DNA of 64,000 nucleotides from Octopus bimaculoides (GCF_001194135.2 NC_068984.1:17923765-17987764), one strand, 5' to 3'; shown: positions 39,112 to 52,775, numbered from the stretch's first letter. Made by a program: numbers and translations. Notes: generated by a model from the sequence alone, not told the origin.

Positions 39112-39142
39112 CTTTGATATGATCTAATATAATACCGAGAAG
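39112..39142 (+). other. Candidate 31-nt non-coding (5' UTR or poison) exon
   Basis: catttctgttttttttttatag|CTTTGATATGATCTAATATAATACCGAGAAG|gtaata; stops in all three frames; contains ATG-ATC-TAA. Confidence 0.4.
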
Positions 39143-42085
39143 GTAATATTTGAATATAAATGTAGAAGCTTCTATTATTATTATTATTTTGTTATGTGTT
39201 TGTGGGTGGTGGTAGATTAAGTAAAATTCTAAGTTCTGACATTGAATAACTTAATAGTGAAAAGGTAAAACACCCTCTCTCTCTCTCTCTTTCTCTCTCT
39301 GCTTTTGATTAAGCTTCCAAAGTATAGAAGTTGTATTGTGTGACTGGAATTGTACATGTTAATTTGATCATAATAAATATTCATATTCAGACATTGTGAG
39401 TGTGTGTTCTTTGAAATATTCTGAGCTTTGCTTTTTGTCTTGAATAGAATGTTTTTGTGTTTGTAATAATCTTCTATAAGTATTCTTGGTTTTTCTTTCA
39501 TGCTCATCTTGATTGCAGTAATGCAAAAAATTTTTAAAGGACTTTAACAAAAATAAAAGCCTTATATATATGTGTGTGTGTGCGTGTGTGCGCATTATTT
39601 ATGGTAACCTGAAGATTCTTCCCTTGAAGAAAACAGCATTTTAAATACACATACAACTACAGCATTGCAGTTTTGCTAACTTTGTCAGCAGTGTTTGCCA
39701 CATAATGGTTTTAGGTTGTTTGCAGTATATTGAAATAATAATTGTTACTGAAAGTTAGAGCCAGAAATTTTAGGATAGAAATGATCCATTAAATTGGCTC
39801 CAATAGTTGACTGATACTTTGTTTAATCATTCCCAAAAAGATGAGACGAAGTTGCTCTTGGCATGATTTGAACTCTGGATATATGAAAAGCCAGTATGAA
39901 TACTGCAAGGCATTTAAAAATTTTTTCTAATGCTCTTACAATTCTGCCAGTCTACCATTTTAGTGTAAAATACAATAACTAGTAATAATATTATGATTGT
40001 ATATATACATGTATGTATATATACATGTGTGTATATACTTGTGTGTATAAGGACTTTTTTGTATGTTTTTTAGAAGTTGAATAAATTAAATATTTCTTGC
40101 TGGCATGCAATATGGCATTTCCTCCATTTATAAAAAAATGTGACAGTAACAATGTTAAATGACAACTTGAATTATTCAGCAGCTTGTTACCTTATTAGAT
40201 TAGTATGACATTGTTGTATAGAAGCTCTTTACTGGAATTTTAGCATCGCTGCTGCAAACTTTGGATAACTTTGAATTGACATACATGGAAACCTACTCAA
40301 TTGTACCATTTCAAAATAGTTTTGTATTGTGAACATTTAATCCACAAGTATCTGTTGTTTTTTTAATTACTTTTTCTGTTTATTGTTTATCTCTTTTATT
40401 CTCTTTTCAATTGCTTATTTCTGTTTCTCTCTGAGATGTTAAGTTTGAGACACTGAAAGGAGTAGATGTGGAAACAGTTAGGTGGGAATGCTCCCCTGCT
40501 ACCTAAAGTTTATTTGTGGAATAAAAATTAAATAAAAGTATAATTATTGAAGTGCTAACTTCATCTACTTATTGCTGCTGTTCAACCCTTCTTCTCTGAT
40601 TTAGCAGAACTATAATTGGACATTCCAGATTTTGGCCTATTGCAGAGACCCTAATTCGTCCATGGCTGTCTACTTGAGTGGAACATGCTGTCCCTAACTT
40701 TACATTTTAAGGGAACTTAGGGTTGCATTTCAATGAGTACTTTTCACAAGATGTAGGATATGATTTGAGGGAAATTTGGCTGCCATTTCCAACAAGTCAA
40801 GTAATTGTAGAGATCTCCATCATTGAATTGCTCATCTATATGTAGATGCTGGTTGTATTTCTGTCCCAAACTTTATCTCTCCAGAATAATTCCTGGAACT
40901 TTATTTATAGACAGAAGGCTGAAAAGTGAAGACCACTTTCTAGAGATAAAAACGAAGAACAATCTAATGCAATGCCAAATTCTCGCTTTGCAAAATTGAT
41001 TAGTCTGATCAGAAAAAATGTATATCAAATGAAAATATTTTAACTTTAAGAAGCAAGGTATTAATCATATAATTCACTAATGGTTTTAGACTGTTTTATT
41101 TTATTGCTCTCATAAATGATAGAAGGCAGTTTGACCTTGGCTAGATCTATATTTCAGCACAATGAGGTGCCAAAATAGAATCACAGATATTCTATTATTC
41201 TCATCTTCTCATTATTTATTAATTTTATTAGCCAATCCAGGATAATTCACAAGTATCCTAATTCTTGCATGCAAAAGTTGTATTGTTAGAGTAAATGACT
41301 TTAGTCTAGACTGTAAATGTTCGTGGCTGTAAATGTATATTGTGGTAACAAATGAAGAGAAGCTTCAGAGAAAACATTATTTTCTGCAATTTAATGACTT
41401 CTCTGATAGGTATGATGTTTCCTCAAATTTTATGGGAGGATATATCCAATTATATCAACCTCATTGTTTGACTGGTATTAGTTTTTTATTGGTCTCTGGA
41501 GTATAAATGGCAAAGTTAATTTCAGTGAGATTTGAATGTAATAAGACATCACTAAAATACTCCTGATCGTTGACCTTACTGATTCTGAAACCCCATCAAC
41601 CTTAATTTTCCAGAATTTTCATTATACTAAAAATTATAGTTGCAGTGCTAAGTTTTATACTTTCAATTGGTATGTTTCTGTGATATGTTTAACAAAATTG
41701 TACTAAATAATTTCATAATTTAATACCACTTTCTGCATAATTCCACCTGTGCTAATGTTGGGCATTATTTACTGTGTAAGAGATGAATCCCTTAGTGAAC
41801 AGAACATAGTTTGTTCAATAAAGTAATCTTGACTTGCTAGAAATAATAGCCAAATTCCCTTCAAATCACATACTCAGGGCTACATCATCCAATGTAGCCT
41901 ATAGATGAATACCACTATAACATAATGCATTGAAAGGTAGCACTGATACTAACATCATGTAGGTTGTTCTCGGATAAATGTCTTCATTTTGCATTGATTA
42001 TTTTCTGTAAATATGTCAAACCCTTTTATCTTTTGCATTCTGTCTTTTACAAGAAACTATATCAATATATTTTCTTTCTTTGCAG

Positions 42086-42158
42086 AGGTTGATCTGGCTG
42101 CAAAATGTATTGTAAATATGGATACCACACAAACTGTATTGTTTCATCCAAAAGACAG
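42086..42158 (+). CDS. 73-nt exon of an unidentified gene ((E)VDLAAKCIVNMDTTQTVLFHPKD; possibly starting at ATG 42118)
   Basis: Strong acceptor ttttctttctttgcag| and donor CAG|gtaatt; one frame open throughout; a second ATG at 42105 opens MYCKYGYHTNCIVSSKRQ. Confidence 0.6.
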
Positions 42159-44087
42159 GTAATTTTTTTTTTTTAGATTGATTGTTTGAGATGCATACAT
42201 AATACACTAATACATGTGGCATACGTGCATATTCATATACATGTATGCACACTCAACCAGCATTTGTGTGGTCATTTGATCTTGTTCGGGAAACTTAATC
42301 CATGATAGTGGAGAAGCCCTTGTGCATGACCAATATTTGAAAGGAATTAGTGTTTGTATCTGTAAGAAATATACTTTATTTTTGTCCAGGACGTTGCACA
42401 TATTCACCTGAAATGAAACAAATGTATTTAAAATAAGCCAACACAGTACACTGCTTCTTTAAGTCTTTTGGGTTCAGGTATTTAGAGCTGTGTTCTGTGT
42501 TTTGGAGACATAGCCAACTCATTGTGGCAAGGGAAAACAGACGTAACTGATAATGTTGCTGAGGATACACACATGCACTGTCGTGTTTGCAAGCACATAT
42601 ACAGATGCATTCATGAATATGGACATTCGTGTGTGCATACCTATGGATAGTCTGTACTACATTCTTGCATTCCTGCTCACACACGTGTGAAAGTACAGAT
42701 GTATACAGAAATATCTGTATGAATCTGCACATGTGTATTCATTGGGTTATGCGTGTGTGTGTGTGTATTTGTGTTTTATCATCGCTGTTTACCTAGTCTG
42801 TACAAAGTTTGCCGAATGTTTGAATTTCTGAAAACAACAAAAGCTTGTTGATTTATGTATTTGAGTGAATCAAGAAATACATTAAAAAAAAACTGCTTTA
42901 GAAATATTTGCAAGTTCTTTGATTTTTTTTTTTTCTTTTTTGTTTGCTTTTTATTATTGTTGTTCACATATTTGGCTTACCATCAGTTTTGGTGTAAAAT
43001 GTTTTTAATAATAATGACAAACAACACTAGACTGATAATAAAATTGTGACAGTGACCTACATGTGTGAATGGGTGTATTTATTCGGTTTTCATATTTAGT
43101 CATGTGTTTATTTTGAAAATTAAGAGCGAGGTTATTTTGCTAAAGTTAGTTTTAATAAGTTTCTGTTTTTCCGTATGCAAGCACAAAATGTGCGTCTGTC
43201 TTGAGCTAACATTAAAATGGAGATATTTTGTTATGTCTCTAGCTCTTTCTTATTCCATTGAATCTGAAGGTTGTTGATGAATTTTCTCTGCTCTTTTAGA
43301 GAAACTCGACTGAGTTAAGTAAAAGAAAAAAGTTTAATGTAAATGTATCTTCTGATGATCATTGTTTTAGTTGCTCAATCAGCTGGACTCTTTTAAGGAG
43401 ATATTCTTACAGGTACAAATGAATGTTAGGTACGCTGGTAAAATAATTCTGTGCAGATGCTTAAACTCACATTTATCCTGTGCAATAATTAAAATGGAAG
43501 ATACTGCCATTTGAAATTTCTCTATAGCAAGCTAGTTTGTTTTAGACAATTGTAAATACTTCAGGTCACAATGAAAGCTTAAAACCTGTTCTAATGAATA
43601 TTTAATTGCTCAGTACAATAATTGGGATTTGACAAAACACACATTTGAGTACCTATAAAGGACAGTTAAACACTGTTATAGCCTAGCCACATTTTTAGTT
43701 GTTCAGTATAACACTTGAGAAAATGTTTTTTTTTTTCATATATTTTAACCAGGCTAATATAGAAATTTGATCTAGTTGGGTTTTAAAAAAAAATTTCTTT
43801 GAATTGTGATGCTTATGAAGTGTAGTTTGCTAAGCCTTATTTTCTGATAATATCACATAAAGAGAAGCTACTTACATAACTAGGCTCATTTACTTAGCGA
43901 AATTATAAGAGGAAGGTACTTATTTATTACTATACAGCTCCCTCAACAGCTCTACTTTTCCCCTCTCTTCACCTACTTTGATTACAATGGAGAGAATGAG
44001 TGTGGTTTAGAATGACAAGTAGCTGTAGTATCAATTTAGTATCAGGATGTGTAATCTTTTTGCTAACGATAATTATGAAATAACATT

Positions 44088-44261
44088 AATTGAACCAGGT
44101 TATTCTAAATGGGGGTCTCCTTCTTATCCTGTCTATATATTTAAGCTGCTTAATACTCATTTTGCTGACCACCTTCAAATATGGTGCTAACTAATAATTG
44201 CAAAATATCCATAGTTGCTTGTAGGCTTAGATGATTAATTAATTTACAGTAGTTATTAAAG
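44088..44261 (+). repeat. Direct repeat, copy 1 (~175 bp)
   Basis: Highly similar to 47144-47316 ('tattctaaatgggggtc...tttacagtagttattaaag'). Confidence 0.9.
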
Positions 44262-47055
44262 AAAATATTTTAAAAGAAATTATACAAATATTAATTTCCG
44301 AAATTATTAAACCAAACATTACGAAGAATAAGGAAATATAGTTAGTTCCTGAAACTAATTTCTCTGTTCATTTTCTCCTTTTTTTTTTTTTTTTATGTTA
44401 TAGAAATATTGGTGTTTATGTTAAGGCTTCTAGCTGCAAAATCATAATGGACCTATCCAATTAATTCTAGAATAAGTGCATTAATCTGCTGATGGAGATG
44501 ATAAATTAGTCTATGAATAAATGATAATTTATTTAGGAAATGTGATTGTTGCCTTTAGTAGATTCTGCTTTGAAAGAATTAAAAAAAAAAATTGTGTTGG
44601 ACCTCTTTGCTTTCCTTTCTTCTTTGTAAAGTGCAGTGTAACCTTTTACAGAGCATAGATAAGTGGGTGATAGGAATTAAATTTCTGGGCACACGGTGCA
44701 ATCAGTGGGTGTATTTCAGATGTACCGAGGAGTATAAACCACCATTTCAAGTGCTTTGTCACAATGAATAGAACACATCAAGCACCACCATCACCTGCTG
44801 CTGTACTTGTTGATTGGAAGTAGTTGTGAAGTTCTGTTATTAGGTGATCCAATTAATGAACTTGGTGATGACAAGGTATTATTACATGTTTTCATAGAAG
44901 AGCAGTTAGATGGTATTAGAAGAATATTGTTATTGGGAAGCAATATATGAGCCATAAAATTAAAATATCAACAAAGGCAGGATCAGAAATGAAATGATTA
45001 TGAAATGCTTCATGTATAATGTTCTTCATGCTATTTGGGCTGATCACCTTAGCTTCCAATTCATTAACTTTCATCTGAAAATGGAGATGAGCCTCCTCAT
45101 TCCTCTGGGAATCTTTAAATACTTCTGTGTAGTTTAAATAGTTATTTTATTGATTTTTGGGAGGATGAAAGGCCTGATGAGGTTTTGTATTGGGGGTGGT
45201 GCAGCAATCATGACTGTTAAATAATCTGTATTTTACTGTTCAAAGTTATGTGGTAGAAATTACAAAGAGTATCACACTCTTATAAAGTTGGTGGATTTGA
45301 GATGTTTTCTTTGGTGACTTTGTTCTGAGTTCGATTCCACTACATGACAAATTGGGTACAACCAAAACTTTGAGTGCAACGATTGTTGGAAACTGTACTG
45401 AAGCTCAGTGTTTATCTGCATCATTGAGGTGGCGATGAATGAAGTGTCGAGTAATATGTGCGAAATTGAACATTTATCCCCATAAGAAAATAGTATTTAA
45501 AAATGAAAGAATTCTGCTACATTATCTGCATTAAGTAAAAGAGTTAATGCATGGTGGGCATTAAAAAGTAATTGGGAATAAATTTGGTGAGTAAAAAATA
45601 CTGTTGGGAACTTGCAAATGACAGTCTTTAAGTTAACCCTTTCGAGCAAAGAGAATCTAAGAAAATAGATCTAAAAACAAACATTAGAATTATGTAAAGT
45701 TTTTCTGTTGTCTGAGGTATTGTCTTTGGATATCTAAATGGCAGGAGGATTTGATTAATCAAGGTTAAATCCTACCAAGAATTATATTTGACATTTCAAT
45801 TTAGTAAGAGAAATAATTCATAAACAAGAAAAAATAAAAAGGAAACATTTCTGTATTGAATGCTAAATTTTTCAGACTTTTTGTGTATTCATTTATAAGT
45901 TTTCAGTTCATTATTATATTTCAAGACTGATTTGGTTTTCTTATTTACAATTTACTGATTTCCTCCTCTTCTCCATCCCCAATGATTTCTGATTCTCAGT
46001 CATGCTAATTATTACTTCATTTTCTTTATAATTTTTATGAAAAATTGTTTATTGTAGTTTAATTATAACTGAGATACGTATTATTTATTCTATCATGATT
46101 GACTGTATTTTTGTCCTTGCAAATTAAGTCTGTAGCTAATTAATTATATTTACTGTTTGTGCTTACTGGCCTCTGGAAACTGATTTTAATTTGATGAGAA
46201 ATCAACAGGAATGCATAATGTATTGATTCAACAAGTCATCATTCTAGCAATATACCTATTGTTGAGATAAGCTTACATCTTTTCTGCTATAATCTATATG
46301 GACTACATTGAACTCTTTGTAACTGGACTTGAACAAAGAGACTGGCTCAGACTGTTGCTCTTTTCTTTAGGTATAAATAAAAGGATTAAAAGTATATAAA
46401 TGCTTCTCAATGTTTGATATTTGGATGATAGTAATGTCAGTGACCCACTCACTATTGTCATTGTTTAACCCAAATTGGCCAACCACTAGCCATATTTGGC
46501 TTGGAAATAAGTAAACCTATACAAATCTGAGCTTGTCTTCATGCTGTGCACCTCAATGAATTGCTTCCTAATATTCATGCAATGTTGGCTGAAGAACTTG
46601 AAATCTTTTATCCCATCCAAATTGGTTGCATTCGTCATTTCTCTAAATGAAACAAACTACATGAATGCCTGAACGAAATATCTAGATGCATTTCAGTCCT
46701 ATGTCATGCCGAAAAACTGCTTTGCTATGCCCAAAGTAATGTAGTTCCTCTATACAACTGTAGTGTATTAGGTAATTGATTACTTCACTGCCATTGATCA
46801 ATTGATAAGGGTGTTAGCAAATAAATTCAACGACACTTGGTTACAAACCACCATCATAGCAACACATATTTGCACTCTTGGCCCTCATCACAACATTTCA
46901 GTAGGTTGATTGCATCCTTTGAGATGCTTCTGTCAGTAAAATTATGACAGTCCATCAGAACAAGTGACTGAAGGCATACATAAAAATGGTAATACCATTA
47001 GTGTTGAACATATACTGCCTGCTTTATAGGAACAGCCAATTCTTTTTGGCATTGA

Positions 47056-47143
47056 AACTATACTGATATTGAAAAAGAAGCAATGGAATTGAGATGAGAC
47101 AGTAGTTGAGACTTCATCATTGGCAAATGCACAAGCATTACAA
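47056..47143 (+). mobile_element. Decayed Gypsy-like RNase H fragment
   Basis: NYTDIEKEAM...DFIIGK resembles the Ty3/Gypsy RNase H motif NYSxxEKExLA...Y(L/I)xG. Confidence 0.4.
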
Positions 47144-47316
47144 AATTGAACTTGATTATTCTAAATGGGGGTCGTCTCATTCTTATCCTGTCTATATATT
47201 TAAGCTGCTTAATACTCATTTTGCTGACCACCTTCAAATATGGTGCTCGCTAAAAATTGCAAAATATTCATGGTTGCTTGTAGGCTTAGATGATTAATTT
47301 ACAGTAGTTATTAAAG
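47144..47316 (+). repeat. Direct repeat, copy 2
   Basis: Highly similar to 44088-44261. Confidence 0.9.
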
Positions 47317-48749
47317 TGGTGTTTGGTTCAGTTGTCTTCCAGTGCCCTAGATTGGTATCATGCTGGACAGTGGTGCTTTCTAAGTGATGTGCTTCTTTCT
47401 GTGGGCTTGGATGTGTGCCAAATGTTACATGGGTGTGATTAATAGGTCAAGCTGAAAAGGTTTCCTGCATTGTCAGGCTGTTTCAGATACCCCGAGATGA
47501 TATCAAACAATCCTAAGGTTGTGCAGGTGATGCATATCGACTATTGAATGCTGTGATGAGGGCCAATAGTGCTAATAGGCTTCTGCAAGACTCCTTTCAC
47601 AGGTAGAACTGGTGGCATTGTAAACAGTGTTGCTGGTAAACTGTGAGTCTTCATTATCACCATCAAAGGGAGTTGAAGTGACAGGTCCAGTAGCTTCTAC
47701 ATCATCTTGTGGCTACAAATTGATTTGTCTATATTTTGTGTGTCAATGTGTTGCTGGAATATTGATGGCCACACCCTCTCTATTATTGTATCCAATTTAT
47801 GGACTCAACAGCTGTGTGCTACTTAACTGTTCTGCCCACCAGCATGGTTAGGTTAGAAATATTTGTTTAGTTTATACATTTCTCATGGCACCAGCAGACA
47901 AAATGGAAAAGCCGTTGCTATGGAGTATAGCAAGGGAACTGTGGTGGTTAGGATTAATCTGGTTGGTTGAAATTAATATAGTAAATAAGACCTGAAGAAA
48001 CTAGTGGCTGTACAAAAACGAATGCTAACACTGACTGTGTGAGTATGAAATCAATGAAATCTCAATCTGATTTGGAGTGTTACTTTGGATCAATGTTCAC
48101 ATATTGAGTTTCATCATAAACTACAAAGAAATAATTAGAATAAAATGTACAACTGATTTAAAAACTCATCATATTCATTGTTTTCTCTAATGCTGAAAAT
48201 GAAAAATTAAAATTACATTTCTTTTAATTTTAGTTCCATTCTTAAAAGACAAATTCTCTTTTGAGAATGTTTGTGTTCCATCTTTGTCATCAGCCAATTG
48301 TCTTTGTTTCTAACATTTCCAGCCTGAATGGTTATTAGTAATGATCTTCACTAAAACAGGATGGATTCTTGCATACTTCTTGAAGCTAGATGTTGCAGTG
48401 ATTGTCCAATCTGTCTTATGAATTATCATTTATTCAGTGGCATAATTAGTGTTCTCCACCTAGGGTATCCCTTGAGGCTTATACAGTAAGCTCCAAAGTG
48501 TCACCCCGATAAAGTTGTCCCAGGCAGACGCACCCCGCCAAGCTCTGCTACTATCTCTTTTTGTCTAAGAGAAAAAAATCTGAAAAATCATTGTTAGATA
48601 CAGTAATACTTTGAGTTGATTGTGAAAAAACTGATTAAGCCTCTTGTCTGTAATCTATGTATGTACCTAGTCATGTGACAACAGAACGATTTCTTAATAT
48701 TTATGTGTTCAGGGACACTTTTTTTTTTTTAAAGTAAGCTTATCAACTA

Positions 48750-49035
48750 GCTGCAGGCATGGCTGTGTGGTTAAGGTCATTGTGCAACCACAATGTTTTG
48801 GGTTCAGTCCCACTGCGCAGCACCTTAGGCAAGTGTCTTTTATTATAGCCCCAAGCCAACTAATACTTTATGAGTGCATTTGGTAGATGGGAACTATGGA
48901 AGCTCATCATGCCTGTGTTGGTGTCTTCCCTCCTACATGACAGCCGTTTGTCTCTGTAACTTAGCAGTTCAGCAATAGAGACTAATTGAATAAGTACCAG
49001 ATTTTAATACTAGGGATGATTTGTTTGATTAAAAG
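48750..49035 (+). mobile_element. SINE family B1, decayed
   Basis: 'ggctgtgtggttaagg...gggttcagtcccactgcgcagcaccttaggcaagtgtctt'. Confidence 0.8.
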
Positions 49036-49580
49036 ATAACTCTATTCTTCAACAGTCAGTCAAATTTCTAACTGCTTTTATTTGCAACATAAATAACCTC
49101 TTCTCTGGGATTTCAGATTTTTATATACCCTGTATTAAGAAAGTTTTCTTTTCTGGAATGGCATCAAGAATCTTTCTATATTTTTGGCTTTCCATTAAGC
49201 TGCAACAATTCAAACTAAAATATGAATTTTGTTCACATCATGTCTTTAATTTTTTGGTTGATTGGTTCAGAAGCTTTGTTCTTTCGTGTCAGATAAACAA
49301 ACATTTCAAATATATAACTGTTTTCTGTATTAATGTTACTATGTTAGCGACAATAATATATCCAACAGGATTGTCTTTCAAATACTTCTTTTATGAAACA
49401 AAGCAAAATAGTAAAATTCATCATCACCGTCATTGTTTAACATCCACTTTTTCTTGCTTGCATGAATTGGACAGAATTTACTGAGGCAGATTTTCTGTGA
49501 TTCGATACCCTTCCTATCACCAATCCTGAGCAGTGGAGGTATGAGACTAGTGAACTTCTGAGGAACAAATCATTATAGTA

Positions 49581-49811
49581 AGGCGGTGAGCTGGCAGAAA
49601 CGTTGGCATGCCGGGCGAAATGCTTAGTGGTACTTCGTCTGCCATTACGTTCTGAGTTCAAAGTCCGCCGAGGTCAACTTTGCCTTTCATCCTTTCAGGG
49701 TCGATAAATTAAGTACCAGTTACATACTGGAGTCGATGTAATCGACTTAATCCCTTTGTCTGTCCTTGTTTGTCTTTATGTTTAGCCCCTTGTGGGCAAT
49801 AAAGAAATCAG
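49581..49811 (+). mobile_element. Full-length SINE family A with 14-bp TSD
   Basis: TSD AAATCATTATAGTA at 49567-49580 and 49812-49825. Confidence 0.93.
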
Positions 49812-49854
49812 AAATCATTATAGTAGAGAGAGAAAAGATAAGTGAGAGGCGACA

Positions 49855-50075
49855 GCATGCCTGTGGGTCAGAGCCTGGAGTGGATCTGTTGGCATTTGAA
49901 TGCAAGCCAGTTTGGTGGGCCTGCTCAATGTAGTTCAGAATGTCTGTGTGCATAATTGCATTCCAGATATCGGTGCAGTATTCCATGAGCCTCATTTCAG
50001 CTTTGTAGAATGTCAGTAGCTGTTGATTAGTTATATAAAGCCCAGTATGACATTCTGGACATGTTGTGGTCTTAC
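49855..50075 (-). mobile_element. Decayed CR1-clade LINE ORF2 fragment
   Basis: Minus-strand QQLLTFYKAEMRLMEYCTDIW resembles the CR1 motif LLxLYKxxxRPxLEYCxxxW. Confidence 0.6.
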
Positions 50076-51240
50076 TACTAGTCAGTGTTTCTGTATACCT
50101 ATAGATTCTAGTTGTGGCCTCGGCAATAAAGGACTGAGGAGTGGGTAGACTTTATCAGAGCCTCACAATTGCTCTTCCTCTGCACTTATTATTAGTACTT
50201 TCTGTTTTTTTTTGCTTTATTGTTAGAACAATATAAAGTTGAAGAGATACTTGGTGTGGCTCTTGTGCTAACATGCTGCAACAAAGAAATAGTATTAGTC
50301 ATAAAGTTGTTTAATGGCCGAGTAATTAATATTTAGTTAGTCAAAGACTTAAAAGAAATTCTAAGACTGCCATTTTATTACAAACCTGAGACTGCTCCTA
50401 CTTCTAAAACAAAAAAAAAAAACAAAAAAAAAGAAAACTTCAGTTTAAAGTGATCCAAATAAAAACAATAAAACCTTCCATTCAAATTTCATGTTGATTT
50501 GTTCTAAGCACTAGTTTAATAAGTTCTTTTACTAAATTCGTCATTGTTTTAAAAGTTAATTGAAACAATGGTGTTGTATTTCAACAGAAATATGGCAATA
50601 AAAGTGTTAAACTGTCAGCTTTAAATAACAAAAAAACTCTACTTGTCTGCTGTTATTTTCTTAAAATATCTTGTATTTTCTTACTGTCACATCTTATCAA
50701 TCTAATTGCACTAGTTGAATTGGTTTTGTTGATTCAGTCGTGCAAGTACATATTGGTTTTTGTTATAATCTTATGTTTCATCAATCTTGCTAAGTACTTT
50801 ATGGTTAGTTTTCTATACAAAGTGTGATAGTTGGTTATCATAGTTCTCAACTAATTGGTTTTATTTTCATTTTGTTTTTTTTTCTTTATTTTTATCAAGA
50901 TGGTGCAGTGACTGAATTGATGACTGGAGCATCATGAAATGATTGTTTTAATGAGCATTATTTAACAAACAGACAAGATAGTGAATGAAATCGCTTGCTT
51001 GAGCTTTTTAAACACTCGTCACTCATGTTAAATATGCAGTGACCTAGTGATTGCTGTATTTTCAGGTATATACGGTGCACCCCAATTTTGGCAGGCATAA
51101 TCTGTGAGAATAAAAAACTGAAGCTAACCCCAAATCCCCAAGCTGAATTCTCATGCGTTTTCATGTGAAGGAACCAGGAAAATTAAGACTGATACCATTT
51201 AGTAAGCTAGTATGTATCTTAAGCAACTTACCCCAAATGG

Positions 51241-51335
51241 GAAGATCTGCAAACAGATCTGACTTGTTTTGGAGAATTTGTTGCAATTGCTTTCTCCAGA
51301 GTCGTATCCCAATGATGATCATATTCGTTGCAAAA
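51241..51335 (-). mobile_element. Possible Helitron RepHel fragment
   Basis: Minus-strand NEYDHHWDTTLEKAIATNSPKQVR-LFA resembles the Helitron region DxHWxxTLxEAxxxxSPxQ(I/L)RxLFA. Confidence 0.5.
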
Positions 51336-52200
51336 AATCATGTAAAAAAAAAAAAAATTGCTGAAAATAATTGAATTTCGCAATTTCGATTATTCCCAAA
51401 ATTTATTTCAGAGTTATAAATATTGTTCTGGTACAAAAAGATTTCTCAAAAAATCACTACAAAAAAATCACCAAAAACAATCGCAGTAATGAAAACTTGG
51501 AAATTCAAAATTTCAGGATTGCAGGTCTGAATTTCGCCTAGAATATTTTTAATTTACTCACTAAGTCGGTCTGATTCCAAAATGGTATATGTTGGGCTAG
51601 GGCCTCTAGGAGTAAGGTTGAAAATGTGTGACACATGCATTTATTATATTAGATTATGGTGGGCTGTTACGATATTTACCTTAAAACTACCAATTATCAT
51701 CACTGGCCTCCACTGTCACCAGAACTGTCCATCATTAATAACACTAACCAAGTCTACCCTAAGCCTGATCTTCTGTATATAAGGTGCAGAGGAACTTTTG
51801 GTGGGGAGGGAAGTGTGCCTTATATGCTAGAAACTATGGTAACTTTTTAGAAATGTGTATCAACTGTGCTATTGACTGCCAATTACAGTAAAGAAAGAAA
51901 ACAAACCACTTTCTAACTTGTAGAAATAAAGCAATACAGCTACTTTACAAAATTTGAAGAACCAGCACACTCATACTAATCTCACTTTGCAAACCATGTG
52001 GTTTGGGGCATTTTGGGGTATGTCCTTTACTAGCACTTCAGACTGACTGATTCCATGTGAGTGAATTTGGTTGGTGGAAGCTTTGTTGAAGCCCATTAAA
52101 ACAACACTGGTTGTCAAGTACCTAGAGAACACAAAACACATCGCCATGTAATGTCTGTTTTTCCATGCTGGCATGGGTTGGATGGTTTGGCAGCAATCTT

Positions 52201-52430
52201 ATTTCTTTATTACCCACAAGGGTCTAAACATAGAGGGGACAAAGAAGGACAGACAAAGGGGTTAAGTCGATTACATAAACCTCAGTGCGTAACTGGTACT
52301 TAATTTATCGACCCCGAAAGGATGAAAGGTAAAGTCGACCTCGGCGGAATTTGAACTCACAACGTAGCGGCAGACGAAATACTGCCAAGTATTTCGCCTG
52401 GCGTGCTTACGTTTCTGCCAGCTCACCGCC
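52201..52430 (-). mobile_element. SINE family A, full length
   Basis: Reverse complement of the 49581-49811 type, CpGs retained. Confidence 0.92.
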
Positions 52431-52489
52431 CTAGAGATTGACAGCAATCTTCTAGCTTGCCAGTTCCTGTCAAACTGTCCAACCCATGC

Positions 52490-52775
52490 CAGCATAGAAA
52501 ATGGACGTTAAATAATGATGGTATAGTGTGTATGTTGGTTTGTTTATGTCTTCATACCTTAGCAGTTCAACTAAGCATGGAAAATGGATGTGTGTGTTTT
52601 TTGTCCCCATACCTTAGCAGTTCAACTAAGCCTGGAAAACGGACATTAAATAATTGTTTGTTGGTTTGTTTATGCCCCCATACCTTAACAGTTCAACTAA
52701 GCATGGAAAACAGACATTAAATAATTGTGTGTGTTGGTTTGTTTATGTTCCCCATAACTTAGCAGTTCAACTAAA
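52490..52775 (+). repeat. Four-unit minisatellite of chimeric SINE origin
   Basis: 'cataccttagcagttcaactaa' recurs at ~52553, 52608, 52679 and 52753. Confidence 0.85.

Noticed and set aside
44844-44875. 32-nt exon-like segment (GDPINELGDDK|gtatt)
   Set aside because: Weak acceptor; phase incompatible with the 42086-42158 exon; lies in a probable retroelement remnant
52490-52775. Regularly spaced ~22-bp repeats superficially like a CRISPR array
   Set aside because: Spacers are homologous to each other and to SINE sequence; eukaryotic context; no cas genes
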